A DNA stretch of 64,000 bases, taken from the NCBI GenBank assembly GCA_023515725.1, contig JALDTO010000164.1, positions 124,001-188,000 on the forward strand. The letters are read 5' to 3'. Shown here in pieces: positions 1-13,461 of the stretch. Position 1 is the first letter of the stretch. Each line of letters opens with the position of its first letter. A model generated the notes under the pieces. The model ran no database searches. It was not told the DNA's origin and was given only the letters and a program-made list of their open reading frames with translations. Source of the DNA: Amoeboaphelidium protococcarum X5 (taxonomy: Eukaryota > Fungi > Aphelidiomycota). Both the position numbers and the translations under genes were made by a program.

Positions 1-1
1 G

Positions 2-1282
2 TTTGAGAGAGCCGTAATGTTCTTATTTAATCTTTAAGATGCTAGTGTAACACCGTCATCATAGATTGATGCTGTCCATTTTGCGATTTCTCTCTTGTAT
101 TATGGCTTATTGTCTACTCGCACGTCGTTTGATGAAGATTCTGCTTTGACTCTGAATAGTGATGAGAATCAACGTTCCAAGGTGGATTTGCTTTCCATGG
201 TGAATCAGTTTATATATGGAATTCTGAATCCATCTCTATATGCTCAAGAAGCTGTGCATTATGTCATTATTCTGTTTGTATTGCTGGATGGTTATACTGG
301 ATCGGTCTCGGTTGAATCGAACAATTCTAATGAGCAACACATCAATCGTTTGCGTTAGATGCTTACTGGCTAGTTGATTGATTTGGTTATAAATTCTGGA
401 AAGATTGAAGAATTATTTGGCACTTTTGCGTTGGATTAATAATTGCAACGAGCTGTGAGAAATGCTGGCTATCTGGACAGATACGCACCATTGATTGGAA
501 TGAGTAAAGATGATGTTAAATCGTGTCTTATCAAGCCATCTGCCAGAAAATGTGTTTAATCTGACGTTCCTCTCGAAGTTGCAATTGCCTTGTTCAATCT
601 AGCAGAAGATTTCGATGCTGTGCTCAACTTGCTTTCTAAGCGTCTCAGCGGTGAATTGAAATAGTGCAATGTAGATGCTGTAGTTCAATTTTCCGTTGGA
701 TAGGCATCTGGTGCTGTGAAGACTTCTAATGTTGTCGGTAGAATCGATGCTCTTGTAGACGCGTATTAGATGACTAGCTCTGTTGTGGAATTTTATCAGT
801 AAGAATGGATAGCGGTGAAGATCAAGTAGCAGAGTAAGGAGACCGTGCAGTTGTTGATGCTGATTAGTCAGTTGTGTATGACTGTGTAATCATTGGTGGA
901 AGATTTCGACCTGTCAATGTGTGCCGAGTTGGTAAGATTGATTAATTCGCTGCCACTGGTGCCGATGTCTGATGATATGAACAGAGCAGGTGGTGATGGC
1001 AGTGGTGAGACTAGTTACGTGGCTATATAGTCATAAGCTGAATAGATCAGAAGAGACTTTTCAGATGTTGTGCTGGTACATTTGCCACTGGTATTTTGTA
1101 TAGTGGAAGCTGTGTATCTAATCATCTTCCAAGCTTAGCGCCGCCAATAATTGTCTCTTGGTATCAATGTGGGGAAACGCTCTCGTGAGCTCATGTCTTT
1201 TGTGGCACTGGTTGGCAGATGGTTTAAGATTGATTCTTCACTGAGAGCTTAACTCATGAACATGGAGGAAATGATAAATTGA
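2..1282 (+). CDS. NIC96: Nucleoporin Nic96/Nup93, 3' part (5' end outside window)
   Basis: Code-6 translation gives FERAVMFL...DAVHFAISLLYYGLL and AIALFNLAEDFDAVLNLL, which match Nic96 C-terminal motifs. Frame is open to TGA 1280-1282. Confidence 0.8.
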
Positions 1283-1489
1283 GATAATAAACTGGAGCGA
1301 ATTGTCCTCAAAGAACATTTACTATTGCATATCAGTTTTTTTCATACTCAAGAGCATTGTATCGCAGTGCTTCCTGATTGTAATAGTGCAGTTTTTAAAA
1401 AGAAATAAAGAGATATTAACTATTCCCATTACAATATCATATCATATTTTCAATCATTTTCAATATCAACCCATAAAGCAGCCAATTAC

Positions 1490-2794
1490 TCACTTGTCCA
1501 AGCTCTGAGCAAATACTTCGTTTTCACCGCCTTCCAACACACGAGAAATAGGCAGATAAGCAGGACGGTTATACTTGACCAGATAGTCTTGAGCGTACTA
1601 CAAACCATTGCGCTTCTCCTGAGCGGATGCACTTTTGCCAATCCAAACAAAAACTTCATGGCCACTATCATACACGTTGACATTAGTAGAATCAAACTGT
1701 GCCAGCTTAATCTGACCAGATGCAACTTGCTTGAACTCCAACTTTCCGGATGCATCGCTTAAAACAAACAGAACTTTGGCGAATGCCTTTGGTTCTTCAG
1801 TTACATCTGCAGCGGATTTAATAGCCTTCTGACCACCAACGGCATCCCAGAATGGCTTAGCATCAGCATCACCCTCATTAAAGGCCTACAACTTGGCTCT
1901 TCCATCACGCTGATCAACCAAAGCACGGGCGAATTCACCAGCCTTGACCTTCTCAGTCACCTACGCCTCCTTGCCGTTGAATTGGTAAATCTACAATCCC
2001 TTATCCAAGATGAAGACATCGCCGCTATTCAGCGAATCTGCCGAAATCTCAACCTGACGAACCACCACATTCTGCTTGTTCTTTGGGTTGGAACGCACCT
2101 GCAACAATCTTGGCTAGTACTCTTCAGGCTTAACTTGATTAAAACCACTGGCAACACCTACATATTGACATACTCAAAGTTATGAAAAAGAACAAAACAT
2201 TAGCGATACCTGATTGTAAACATACCTCCGTTCAGAGTTTTGAATTGCTTAAAGTAGCTCAAGAACAAGTTAGATTCATGACCTTGAACTTCGCGGTGCT
2301 ACACGGCAGCTCCCTTCAGAACATCATCCAGCTCCACAGTCTTATATGCGGCCGTTCCCGCCTCATCTTGAGAAGTTTCACTGCCCAGCCAGAAGTGCAG
2401 ATCATAAGACAGCTTCTCTTCGCTTGGGTTCTTCTTGTACGTGTTCAAAATGATGTAAGAATCACCTTCATAAAACTCGCCATAGCTCTGCTTAGGCCAA
2501 GCCACAACCTTGAAGTCTTCAATGCGCCAGATGTTGATTCCACTACACAAATTTCATGTTGTATGATGATTAATCAGAGAGATAGCTAAAACTTACACCT
2601 ATTAGCCAACTCCCTTCCATGCATTCTCGCTCGATGCAGCATTCTACTTGACCTTCTTTTCCAACTACAAAAACATTCATAGTAAGCGCAAGACCCTTAT
2701 AAAATAGCATGAGATATACACTTACGTCGCTGCCAAGGAGGGCAATATTACTATCAGCGATATCGTATTTCTTGCTCTTTACAAAACCAGGCAT
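1490..2794 (-). CDS. Severin/fragmin-type 3-domain gelsolin, copy 1 (introns 2665-2725, 2543-2596, 2158-2225)
   Basis: Motifs SNIALLGSD, IWRIEDF, FYEGDSY, HFWLG..SQDEAGTAAYKTVELDD, QHREVQG, LNSGDVFILD, VFVWIG. Three GT-AG introns restore the frame. Ends at TGA. Confidence 0.93.
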
Positions 2795-2930
2795 AATTTA
2801 AAAAAACGGTGATAGATTATAAAATAGCCGTGTGTGATAAGACAGTATGAAACAGAGAATGGCAAAGTTGTAATAAGAATAACAGGGAAGCGATGTTTCG
2901 ATGAAGCAATGTGTATTCACACGAGCGTGT

Positions 2931-2968
2931 CTCTTCTCTTTCTCTTCCTCTCTCTCTCTCTCTCTCTC
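2931..2968. repeat. Pyrimidine (TC)n tract upstream of gelsolin 1
   Basis: ctcttctctttctcttcctctctctctctctctctctc seen directly. Confidence 0.7.
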
Positions 2969-3563
2969 ACGCCTTCCAATCAAACAAACAGGGATGGCGT
3001 TGATGATCAACAATGTAATGCAGATCCTTGTTTCAGTACCAAAAGGGTCCGATTAGAGAACTATTTTTAAACTATTTGTATTTGTTCTTTCGATCTGAAT
3101 TTCCATTTTCCCCATGCGCGAATAAAAGTATAAAGCCTTTTTCGAGTGATACGAATCAAGTGTGACCCTGGCGATTATAGCTATATTAAATTTTAGTTAC
3201 CGAGTGACCGCCCAAATTTGCAAGTACTGTAAATGTATTCAAAACCACTGGTCTGCTGAGTAAATATAGCTGGCGATGTTCGGTCATTTATGACCTTTTT
3301 TATCAAGTTAACGCGTATGTACTGTAATTCTGCCTTCATTAATTGTTTAAAGTAATGTGCTCCAAATGTGATCATGCTGTTCTACGCGTGGGTTCACTTG
3401 TGCTATGCTATCTGCCTCCGATTGGCTTGTGTTTTGACACAAGTGTCACCGCCTGCAACATGCATCGAACGCGTATCATTAGAATGGTGGTGCGATGTCT
3501 TTCATTTTCTGCTACAACATTTAATCTATTGTGTTCTGTTTGTATATATAGTATTTGGTCGCA

Positions 3564-5624
3564 ATGTATTATCGTAGTAACTTACTGGTATAAGTGGTTT
3601 CTGTATGGCTTCTATGCTGCATTTTAGTGTCCAATTCATATCCGGTGCGTGAAATTCTGCCAAGTGATGGAGCTAAGCGTGTTGAGATATTTAAAAGAGA
3701 AGATGGTGCTGGTAAGGGTGGTAGCAAGTCTGCAACATCTGGTTCTAATGGAAAATCTGGTACAGGCTCAGCCTCTGGTTCTGGACCATCATCTTCTAGT
3801 TCATCATCCTCATCACCCTCGGCTAGCCCTTCTAAGTCGGCCACGTCCGGTCCTTCAAAATCATCCTCATCTGACTCCTCAAAGGCAAGCACTGGAAGTA
3901 ATGGGCCCTCAGCTCCTGCTAAAGGTAATTCAGAGACGTCGAAAGCAGGCGCAGTATCTGGAGCAAAATCTGATGCCGGATCAGATTCTGAAAAGGCAAA
4001 GACTGCGTAACATGGCTCTTCTGGACCTCCTGCTCGTCAATCAGGATCTCCACCTAATCAGTAGTCGGTATAGGCCGGTGGGGCCTAATAAACTAGTGAT
4101 TAAGGAAAAACGTAGCCAGGTGATGCGAATCGCGGCGTAACTGGCTAGACAGATACTGCTAATACTCCTCAGCGTGGCGCTGTTTCTGGTGCGCCTTAAG
4201 GCGGTCCTGTCGATGGTCCTCCTCGAGCAGCTTAACAGTAACAGAAAGCATCTGATTAGTCAGTTTCCTAACAAGCTACTACTTAACAAGGAGTTGGATA
4301 ACAGCCCGTTGGCCAGGGCGGTCCATAGTAAGGGCCATCAGCTGGCAATCCTTCTCCTCAAGGATCTACTTAACCACAGGGTGTAAATGGTCCTTCTGAT
4401 GCTCAGGCAGCTCCGGCCCCTCTGCCAGGTAGTGCGTAACCTGCTGCTCCTGCTCCTCAGGCTCCTGCTGTTTCTGCACCACAACCTGGTACACAGCCTG
4501 CTGCCCCTGTGGAAGGAGCTTCACCTGCAGTTGCTTAATAGTCTGTACCAGCAGGTTAAGACGTGTCTACCACTGGCCAAGCGCCTGCTGCTGACTCTGG
4601 TACACCTCCTGCAGTAAGTTCAGATTCCGCAACTTAAGGCGCTGCTGAAGTAAACGATGTCACGAAAATGAACCATTTCGGTACTCTTCCTAGAGCTGAT
4701 GTAATGACGCTTCAAAACGTTGAGGCTGTTGCATCTGAAAACGGCAAAGATATGCCAAACACTGCTGAATAGTAGAAACTTGCAGCTCAAGCTCCTCCTG
4801 ATACGGTTAAAGTCGAGTATGGTCGTTTCAAACTGAGTTAAGATACACTCAAGACTTTGGGCTATACTCAGGACTAAATGAACAAAATGAATTCAGGCAC
4901 AGAAGAAGGTTATAAGCTATCTAAGGATGCTGCCGCGTACGCCTTAAAGACTTTTGGTACTGATTCCTTTGTTGCGTAGTAAATGGGTCCACAGACGTTT
5001 ACTAATTTCAAATAGGGTACTATGACTCCCCAAGAACAACAGAAATTTGCCGATCTGAAGGCGTAATATACAAATGATATTGCTCCGCGTCCACCAAGTG
5101 TTGAGAGAATTGTTGCCCCTCCTAGTATTGTGAGTTAAAGGAATGCTGAAACTTAAACTCCTCAGCCTGCAGTAGGATCTCAGAATTTCTTCCAGAATGC
5201 CAATCCTGCTGTCAAGTCAATGGCGGACAATGCATTTCAGATGAATTAAGCTGGCCCATAGTAGGCTCCAGGTGCCGCTCCTCCAGGTCAACCGGCTGCA
5301 GGAGAATAACCAAGCGCAATGCCTGCATAAATTGGACCTTAGCGTTTGAATTCTGATATGCTCAATGATCTAGGATATTCTCAACAAGAAATGAACAAGA
5401 TGAATGAGAAGACTCCTGCTGGTCAGGCTCTGTCTAATAGTGCTACAGCTCATGCAATAAGCCAGTTTGGTGTTAACGGATTTGTAGCGGCTCAGCTTGG
5501 ACCTGAATTTACTAAGCGCATGACCAACAATTAAATGACAAGTTAAGATCGCTTGGCATTTAATGACATGAAAGCCCAATTGACTAAAGGCGTTGATATG
5601 TCATAGTATTAGGGTCGACCTTGA
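3564..5624 (+). CDS. Large secreted low-complexity (S/G/P/Q/A) protein with two C-terminal ~85-aa repeats, copy A (~686 aa)
   Basis: ATG 3564 begins MYYRSNLLVQVVSVWLLCCILVSNS, a signal-peptide-like segment followed by KR dibasic sites. Open in code 6 to TGA 5622-5624. A paralog lies at 14309-16435. Confidence 0.85.
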
Positions 5625-5859
5625 TTGTTCCATGAATGATAAGGACGGATTAATGTGAAATAATTGATGTAGTATCAGAATATATAGTAATCTTATTATA
5701 ACGTTTTTTATGGTTGGTGTTGGGATGATTTTGTATAATAAGATATCTTCTAAAATGCAACGTAAGGAAATCGAAGTCGAATACAATCGATGACCTTAAT
5801 CGGGCATAACCATATCATATCATTCATCATTAAATATTCAAAATTCATCATCATCATTA

Positions 5860-7074
5860 TCACTTCTTCATATTTGGTGCCTGGACAGGAGCGTGCTACT
5901 TGACAGCATCCTTTTACTCCTTACCAGCTTTGACGCCAACAGGAGCAGCGGAAGATTCAGGATCCAAGCTCTTCAAAAACACTTCATTCTCTCCACCTTC
6001 TAACACACGGGAGATTGGAGTATAAGCAGGGCGGTTGTACTTGACCAAGTAATCCTGAGCATACTGCAATGCCAAACGCTTCTCTTAAGGCGTGGTCTTC
6101 TTACCGACCCAAGCAAATACCTCTGCAGCGTTATCAAAGATGAAAACGTCATTACCATCCAGCATGGACTTCTTGATCACACCAGTGGCCTCCTCTTTAA
6201 ACTCAATCTTACCACTAGCATCACTCAAGCGCATCAGACGCTTAGCGACATTCTTCACGGCAGCCTTGTCATCACCGCCATCTCCGGCGCTCTTGATAGC
6301 CTTCTTGCCACCGATTAGTTACCAGAATGGAGTAGCATCTGCATCATCTTCACCATAGACTACAACCTTGGCAGATTTACGATCTTGCGATAAAGCAGAA
6401 CACAACTCCATGGCCTTCATGCGCTCAACACCATTGGAAGTGGCTCCATTGAACTGGTAGATGTTCAAACCAGCATCCAGCACAAAGACATCACCACTGT
6501 TCAAGCTAGAAGCCTCCAGAGCAACCTCTTGTACAACAATATGGCCACGAGTGCCCTTGATGTGCAGCAGACGAGGACGATATTCCTCAGGCTTCACATG
6601 CTTGAATCCGGACTCAACTCCACCATCCAAAATCTTCATCTTTGGGAAATAGCTGAGGAACAGCTCCGACTCATATCCTTGAACTTCACGATGCTGAACA
6701 GGCTGACCACCAAGGCAATCATCTAACTCCACAGTCTTATATGCAGCCGTACCAGCTTCATCCTAGGAAGTTTCGCGGCCAAGCCAAAAGTGAACATCAA
6801 ACTGGAACTTTTCATCCTCAGGCTTTGCCTTATAGGTGCGCAAGATGATATAACTATCTCCGGAGTAGAACTCACCATAGCTTTCCTTTGGCCAAGCAAC
6901 AACCTTGAACTTTTCAATGCGCCAGATCTCAATACCCAGCTACTTGCCAGCAGATGCCCATGCAGGTTCGCCATCACTGGCATTCTTGCGGACATTCTTC
7001 TCAAGATCGCTGCCCAGCAGAGCAATGTTGGAGTCTTGGATGTTGAACTTTTTCGCTTTAACTAATCCGGACAT
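5860..7074 (-). CDS. Severin/fragmin-type gelsolin, copy 2 (intronless, ~404 aa)
   Basis: MSGLVKAKKFNIQDSNIALLGSD...IWRIEKF...TSQDEAGTAAYKTVELDD...LNSGDVFVLD; single open frame to TGA. Confidence 0.93.
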
Positions 7075-7340
7075 ATCGATTGATAAGAAGTTGATAAATT
7101 GATTAATATGGTTATACACTGATTGACTGACTTAACGCTGAGCAGATCCGTGAGATTGCTTTGATGCAGATTTGGAAGATGAAACAACAATTGTTGCCGA
7201 GGCGAGGTGGCCAGGATTCACATTGTGTCAAACAACTTTTGTATTTTGAGGCGTTTCTTTGCTCGGTTGTCCTGAACAACAAACAGTGAACGCGCTTCTC
7301 CTGTCAACAGACCATACCCCTATTATATTGTACGCCTAGT

Positions 7341-7640
7341 ATGCTGATGAGGCGGTTGTATCATTTTAAAATTACCTTGACGCTTCTGCTAGTTTTTGTA
7401 CTACTCCTGGTAATAATTGGGAATGTAAAACGGCGCTCTTACGATGGAACTTATGACAAATTTGCTGACCATACATACCTCAATAAGTTGAAACAGGATA
7501 CTATGCGAGTCGTTTGCAATGCCAACAGAGCCAGTAATTAAGTAGACAGAACTTCTAATATTGACGGAATACAGGATATAACTGACTAGGTGCTGGATTA
7601 ATTGGTTTAAAGGAGGTTTTCCAAATTGTTTAGTTAATGA
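7341..7640 (+). CDS. Possible small type II membrane protein or decayed gene
   Basis: N-terminal hydrophobic anchor (ITLTLLLVFVLLLVIIG). Frame stops at TGA 7638. No recognisable family. Confidence 0.25.
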
Positions 7641-8147
7641 AAGTAAGACAACTCGATAATTTTGCTTTAATGTCAAGTGTTGTTGGTTGGACCAGAGGCT
7701 CATTTAATGTTATGGTGAGACATCCTATCAGTCGTAGCTTCGAAATGCGTATATGTGTCATGATTTATAATGTGAACATGTTGTTTTGTTTGATAAATGT
7801 TGTATCAAAGTGCAAAATGTGTTGATTCTCCATGTCTGGCTTCCACCTAGTACTACAGAATAGCTTTTCCGCCTATCATATTAGCAATGAGCAATTGCAA
7901 GTCAAACTTATTTTAATGTCTAGACAAAGATGCCTTCGCATCCAGCTATCTAATAGTGTTATATACAGCTGAAGAAATGGAAGAAACAAAGCATCATTAA
8001 ATCTAATGAAAAGACATTGAGCTGATCTTCATGAAATCTACAATCGTTCTCCGATTCGCGTGATGAGCACGTTACTCATGGGTCGGCGGCCAATAAAATT
8101 CTGACTTTGCTTTATATATGGCAATTTCCATAAATTGGCAATTGCTA

Positions 8148-8218
8148 TCTCTTATAGTCTAGTGGTAGAACACGCGTCTCGTAAACGTGAAACTCGAGTT
8201 CGATTCTCGGTGAGAGCA
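8148..8218 (+). tRNA. tRNA-Thr (anticodon CGT) with a U1:C72 acceptor mismatch
   Basis: D arm with AGTGGTA, anticodon stem CGCGT/ACGTG around CT-CGT-AA, T arm TCGAG-TTCGATT-CTCGG, discriminator A, and a downstream T5 Pol III terminator. Confidence 0.88.
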
Positions 8219-8747
8219 ATCTGAATATTTTTGGACCAAGCTATTATTTTGCGGGCCAGTAGAGAACTTACTAGCTTGATATGTTCAAAGGAGCGTGAGC
8301 AAGGGAAGTGGAAATTTTTCTACACGTTAGGCAAGTACGAACAACAGTCATCAAACAAGAAACATCATCGCGCCATCAACTGTTGGCAGATCTGATTAAC
8401 TGCTCTGAAGGGATAATTCTTTCATTCTCGCGGTGGGACTTCGACACCCTCACCACAGCACCTCCACCTAAACGTTAAATACGCGCAAAGTTTCCGGAGG
8501 AACACAGCCCCCTTTGGTGACCCGTCCTTCTGCTCTTACTTATGTCTGAAATTGTGATGTTGCTCACGCTCTTCGTTCGAAAAAGCTTTGTTACGTTTGC
8601 TCTGTTAAATAGTACAAAGTACCTTGCAGCCTATATAAAGTAATCAAAGATTTAACTAACAAAGTTCAGGTACTAAATTAATCATCAGCGAATATGATAT
8701 TAGCGAACATCATCAATCATCAAGTTGCTGCAGTGACAAGCTTTAGT

Positions 8748-10298
8748 TCATTACTTTATGGCAGAGAAAAAGTTACCCAAGTTCTTTTACTAGCCACCGT
8801 TCGATGTTAAGGATGGGTACATGATTGACCAATTTCTTAATAGACACTCAAATCTTTGTAGAATCTGCTTACAATCAGATTTAACAACATCAGTTCCTTT
8901 GCAATCATTAATACGAGAGTTCATGTACTTGATACGATCAATCAATTTACTAACTGAAGCTCCCTGCTGAGTGAGATCAAGATTCTACCAGCACGATTGG
9001 AGCTCTCGTAGTAGTTTCACATAATCGAATTCAGAACCAGACGAGAACTTGTACTCATTTAGACGCGTAAACGCTACTAACGGCGAAATATTACTTCTTT
9101 TAGTGCTTAAATGGTTCATATCAAAGCCACCGGTGATAGTGCATAGCTGTTGAAACAGATTCATTATCTCCAAATCACATTCCCACAAGTACTCTTCACA
9201 AGAAAGAAGAGTTATTAGCGATTTCACCAACTGAGAGTCGACAGCATTACTTTTACAAACAATCAGAGTGATAGATAGTAATGCTTTCAAATGCAATTTC
9301 CATTCAGGAGGCAAAAGCTAACGCTGAGGCAATTCAACTTGACCAATATCAGCGTCAATCTTGATACAGTTATTCTTATCATCCAAAGAGCCAATAAACC
9401 CTATCAATGTGAAACACTCAAGCAGATACTATACGTCTAATTACATCAGACCATACTCTGATAAAATTTTCACGCATTACAGAGCGCCAAATCTAACTGC
9501 TGCAGACGAATGAAATACAGCTAGATAAACTATCACTTTGCATGCAGGCGTATCAGGACAATAATAACCGCTCTTTAGCTGACTTGACAAAAAGTCGGAA
9601 GCAAAGAAAATATCAAGCTAGTCGTTCGAAATGCTCCATCTCAGCGCGTCGGCAACTTCTCCCTGAGTGGAGGAACTATTCATCAATCCAATTAAATATT
9701 CAGCGTTCCACTCTGGAAGAGAATAAGAGCTGAACGCATAAATTCGCTTAGCATCAATTTGACCAACACTAACGATGGATTCCTTTACAACATCATGCGT
9801 TAAAGTGGGAACAGCATCAGAAGTGCATTAGCTTATTTCATTCAGCCGCTTCCTGTTAGCAGTGTTACCGATCTGGACTGCAGTTTTCAACTTTTCATAC
9901 CCTATCTTCGACCGCTTCTCCTTCTGCTGCACTAGAGTGTTCAGAAACGATAAATCCGCAGAGGTTTCAGTCGCGTCGTCTCCATCGCCCGGCTTGCTGC
10001 GTTTCAGATTCTGCAGCGATGTCTGCTGAGGGAGACTATGAGGATTCACGCGTGTGGATGACCGTCTACGTGACTCTGATGATGATCTCTACTGCATGAA
10101 AGACGGCACTTCAGATAGTACTTGATCAACAGTTCTTGATCGACTAAAATCAAATTCCAACTACTATCCAGTTTCCTCATCTTCTTTCTCCTATTATGTA
10201 CCTTGAAGGAAAGCCACTGGAGCACTCAGTTCGTCATCTTCGTCGTCAGAGCTGATAATATTTCGCTTACCCGACTTTAGGGAATCCCCAGCTTACAT
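8748..10298 (-). CDS. Hypothetical protein (~516 aa): disordered N-terminus and helical C-terminus, weakly SLF2/Nse6-like
   Basis: Open 517 codons in code 6. C-terminal IKYMNSRINDCKGTDVVKSDCKQILQRFE recalls the SLF2/Nse6 tail; family call is tentative. Confidence 0.6.
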
Positions 10299-12204
10299 TT
10301 GTACTTTATTAGAGATGAAAACGTTTTCTTTCATGTTATCAATGTGATATATTTATGTCCAAAGTAGGCAGGATGGTAACAAGTAGAAGAACACACTCTT
10401 ACTATCAGCTTCAGTCGAGCGGCTCTCCGTTTCAACAAAATAATGTTTTCGAAATTGCTGAAAAGAAGAGAGCGACACTGAGAGGAATGTTTCAGAAACG
10501 ATCCTTGACGTGAAGAAGTACTGTAGTTGTCGTTATGCTCTACGACTTCTGTCGATCTTAGCAAAACCAGATATTCATTACACTTTGTCGAACTGAATGA
10601 GGCCTTCGCTGAACGATATGCGCACACTTGTTTATTCTTACTTTGCTGGCAATAATACAAGTGCTTGCGCAGTCGCGTATATCAGTCCTAGAACATTTGG
10701 TTGTTAGTCCATTAATCTATATGGATCCGATACATATTGCAGGTCATTCGCGAAAGTGTATTCTATTTTAGGCTGAACTACATTACTTATTTATTTACAC
10801 AGAGGTGGCTATCATCATTCTCCTTTCCTGGCTCCACGATTGGCACCGGTTAGATACCTAGTTGTACAAGAGAGGAATTGAACTTCCACTGATGTTGTTC
10901 GGCCATTGCTCTTCGGAAAACGTCGGTCTATCTACTTCTCTCCACGGCAACATTGGCGCATTGGGTTCCTTGTGGCTATCCCTTGTAACATTCTCGTACA
11001 CATTCCTTCAGTACAAAGCAAACGTACGGCATTGTAGGATTGCTCCGGTGTAAACGCAAACTGACCTTCCACTGGTTTTCTCTAAAAGGAAATCTCCGAA
11101 GACCTCATTCACGCCGCACAACATCATTTCCACATATCTATGTCTTGCTGATCATCATCGCCTTGGGCCTTTAACCGTACCTTCATTGTTTCAACCATAC
11201 GAACTATGTTATTTCAACATACATCAATAGTGTATGCGTATGGACGCGTCAGTATCCTAGAAATAAACAGGGACCAGGAGCACCGCAAAGGATTGAGAAT
11301 AGCTCAACACGCAGGGCCATCCAGTGCTGATAACGTGATAAATTATACAGCCTCAATGTCATCAGTAAACTTCGAAATTACGTATACCAAAAGAAATCAC
11401 AAAAAGCTCCGATTTCACGAGCTGCATTACAGAGGTTCTTAGTAATGTAGCCAAAAATCCAATTAATAGATTAGAGGCTCTCCAGAAACTCACCAGCAGT
11501 TTTACCGGACCAGAGAGATAACTTACCAGAAAATTTAGCTTGGCAATAACTTTAACGCGCGTAAAGATACAAAGCAGGTACTAATACATCTATATCACTA
11601 AGATCAGTCTTGTCAATCCTACGCGCCGAGTTCACCTCCCACTCGCATCCGACATAAAGATGATGGCGCCATGAATGGGATAACCAATTTCTAGCCATTA
11701 ATTAAGCATCTATGCACTTCTTGCTTAATGCCAAATGTTAAATAAATTTTTGACTGAAGCAATTAAATACTGCTTCATGTTTAACTTTCTCGATTAGATG
11801 CGCGCCCCAGAACTGTCGGAATTTTAGTCTGTTGGTAACCTTTACACTTTTTTTAGGCTGTAAGCAAGAGTTACCAAAATAATCTCATTCTATATCATTA
11901 AAAATTGTTTTATTTTCTACCATACAAATCAGTCACTCAGACCCGGAGTACCCACAGCCAGAAATATTATACTAACAACTTCTAAATAATCTTAACGCGT
12001 ACTCATAATGTTAATCTTTAAAAGTTCCCAAAAGGGACAAAGAGAGGCGATCGCTTATGGTAAAGTTAAGAAGAGCTCACGAAAAGTATCACCACGATTT
12101 TTAACGGTTTTCGCCTCTAGCATAACCAACGGAAGCTATATAACTACATTGCCTGTATCAATACATACTATTGTTATTCTACATATAAAATATAGACAGA
12201 AGAT

Positions 12205-13119
<915 letters not shown>

Positions 13120-13461
13120 ATAGATTGGTCTACTTTAATTTCAATTTGACTTTTTCACCTTGTTGTTAGTATTACCAGTGAGTTCCTTCACAATTTGTAG
13201 GTCCCGTAAGACAAAGAAATATAGTAATGACCACGCTACTTGATTTTGCGTTAAAAACTTTTTAATCATGAATGAATTAGTATTCTTACCAATAATAACA
13301 AAAATCAGCACTTAAAACATACTTTAAAGCTCTTACATCCAGTTCATTGATACCATTTCTCTTTGCTATTTGTGATTTTAGCGTTCCGAATTTAAATAAG
13401 AGTTTCTTGTCCATCATCATTCATCAGATTTATTTTTGTAGTAAATCTCCAAAGTGATAAT

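Noticed and set aside
3569-3892. Acidic antisense ORF and other overlapping ORFs in the secreted-protein genes
   Set aside because: They are shadows of the Ser/Gly-rich sense frame.
7638-7640. TGA read-through or selenocysteine in the 7341 ORF
   Set aside because: No redox-motif context, and another TGA follows about 25 codons later.
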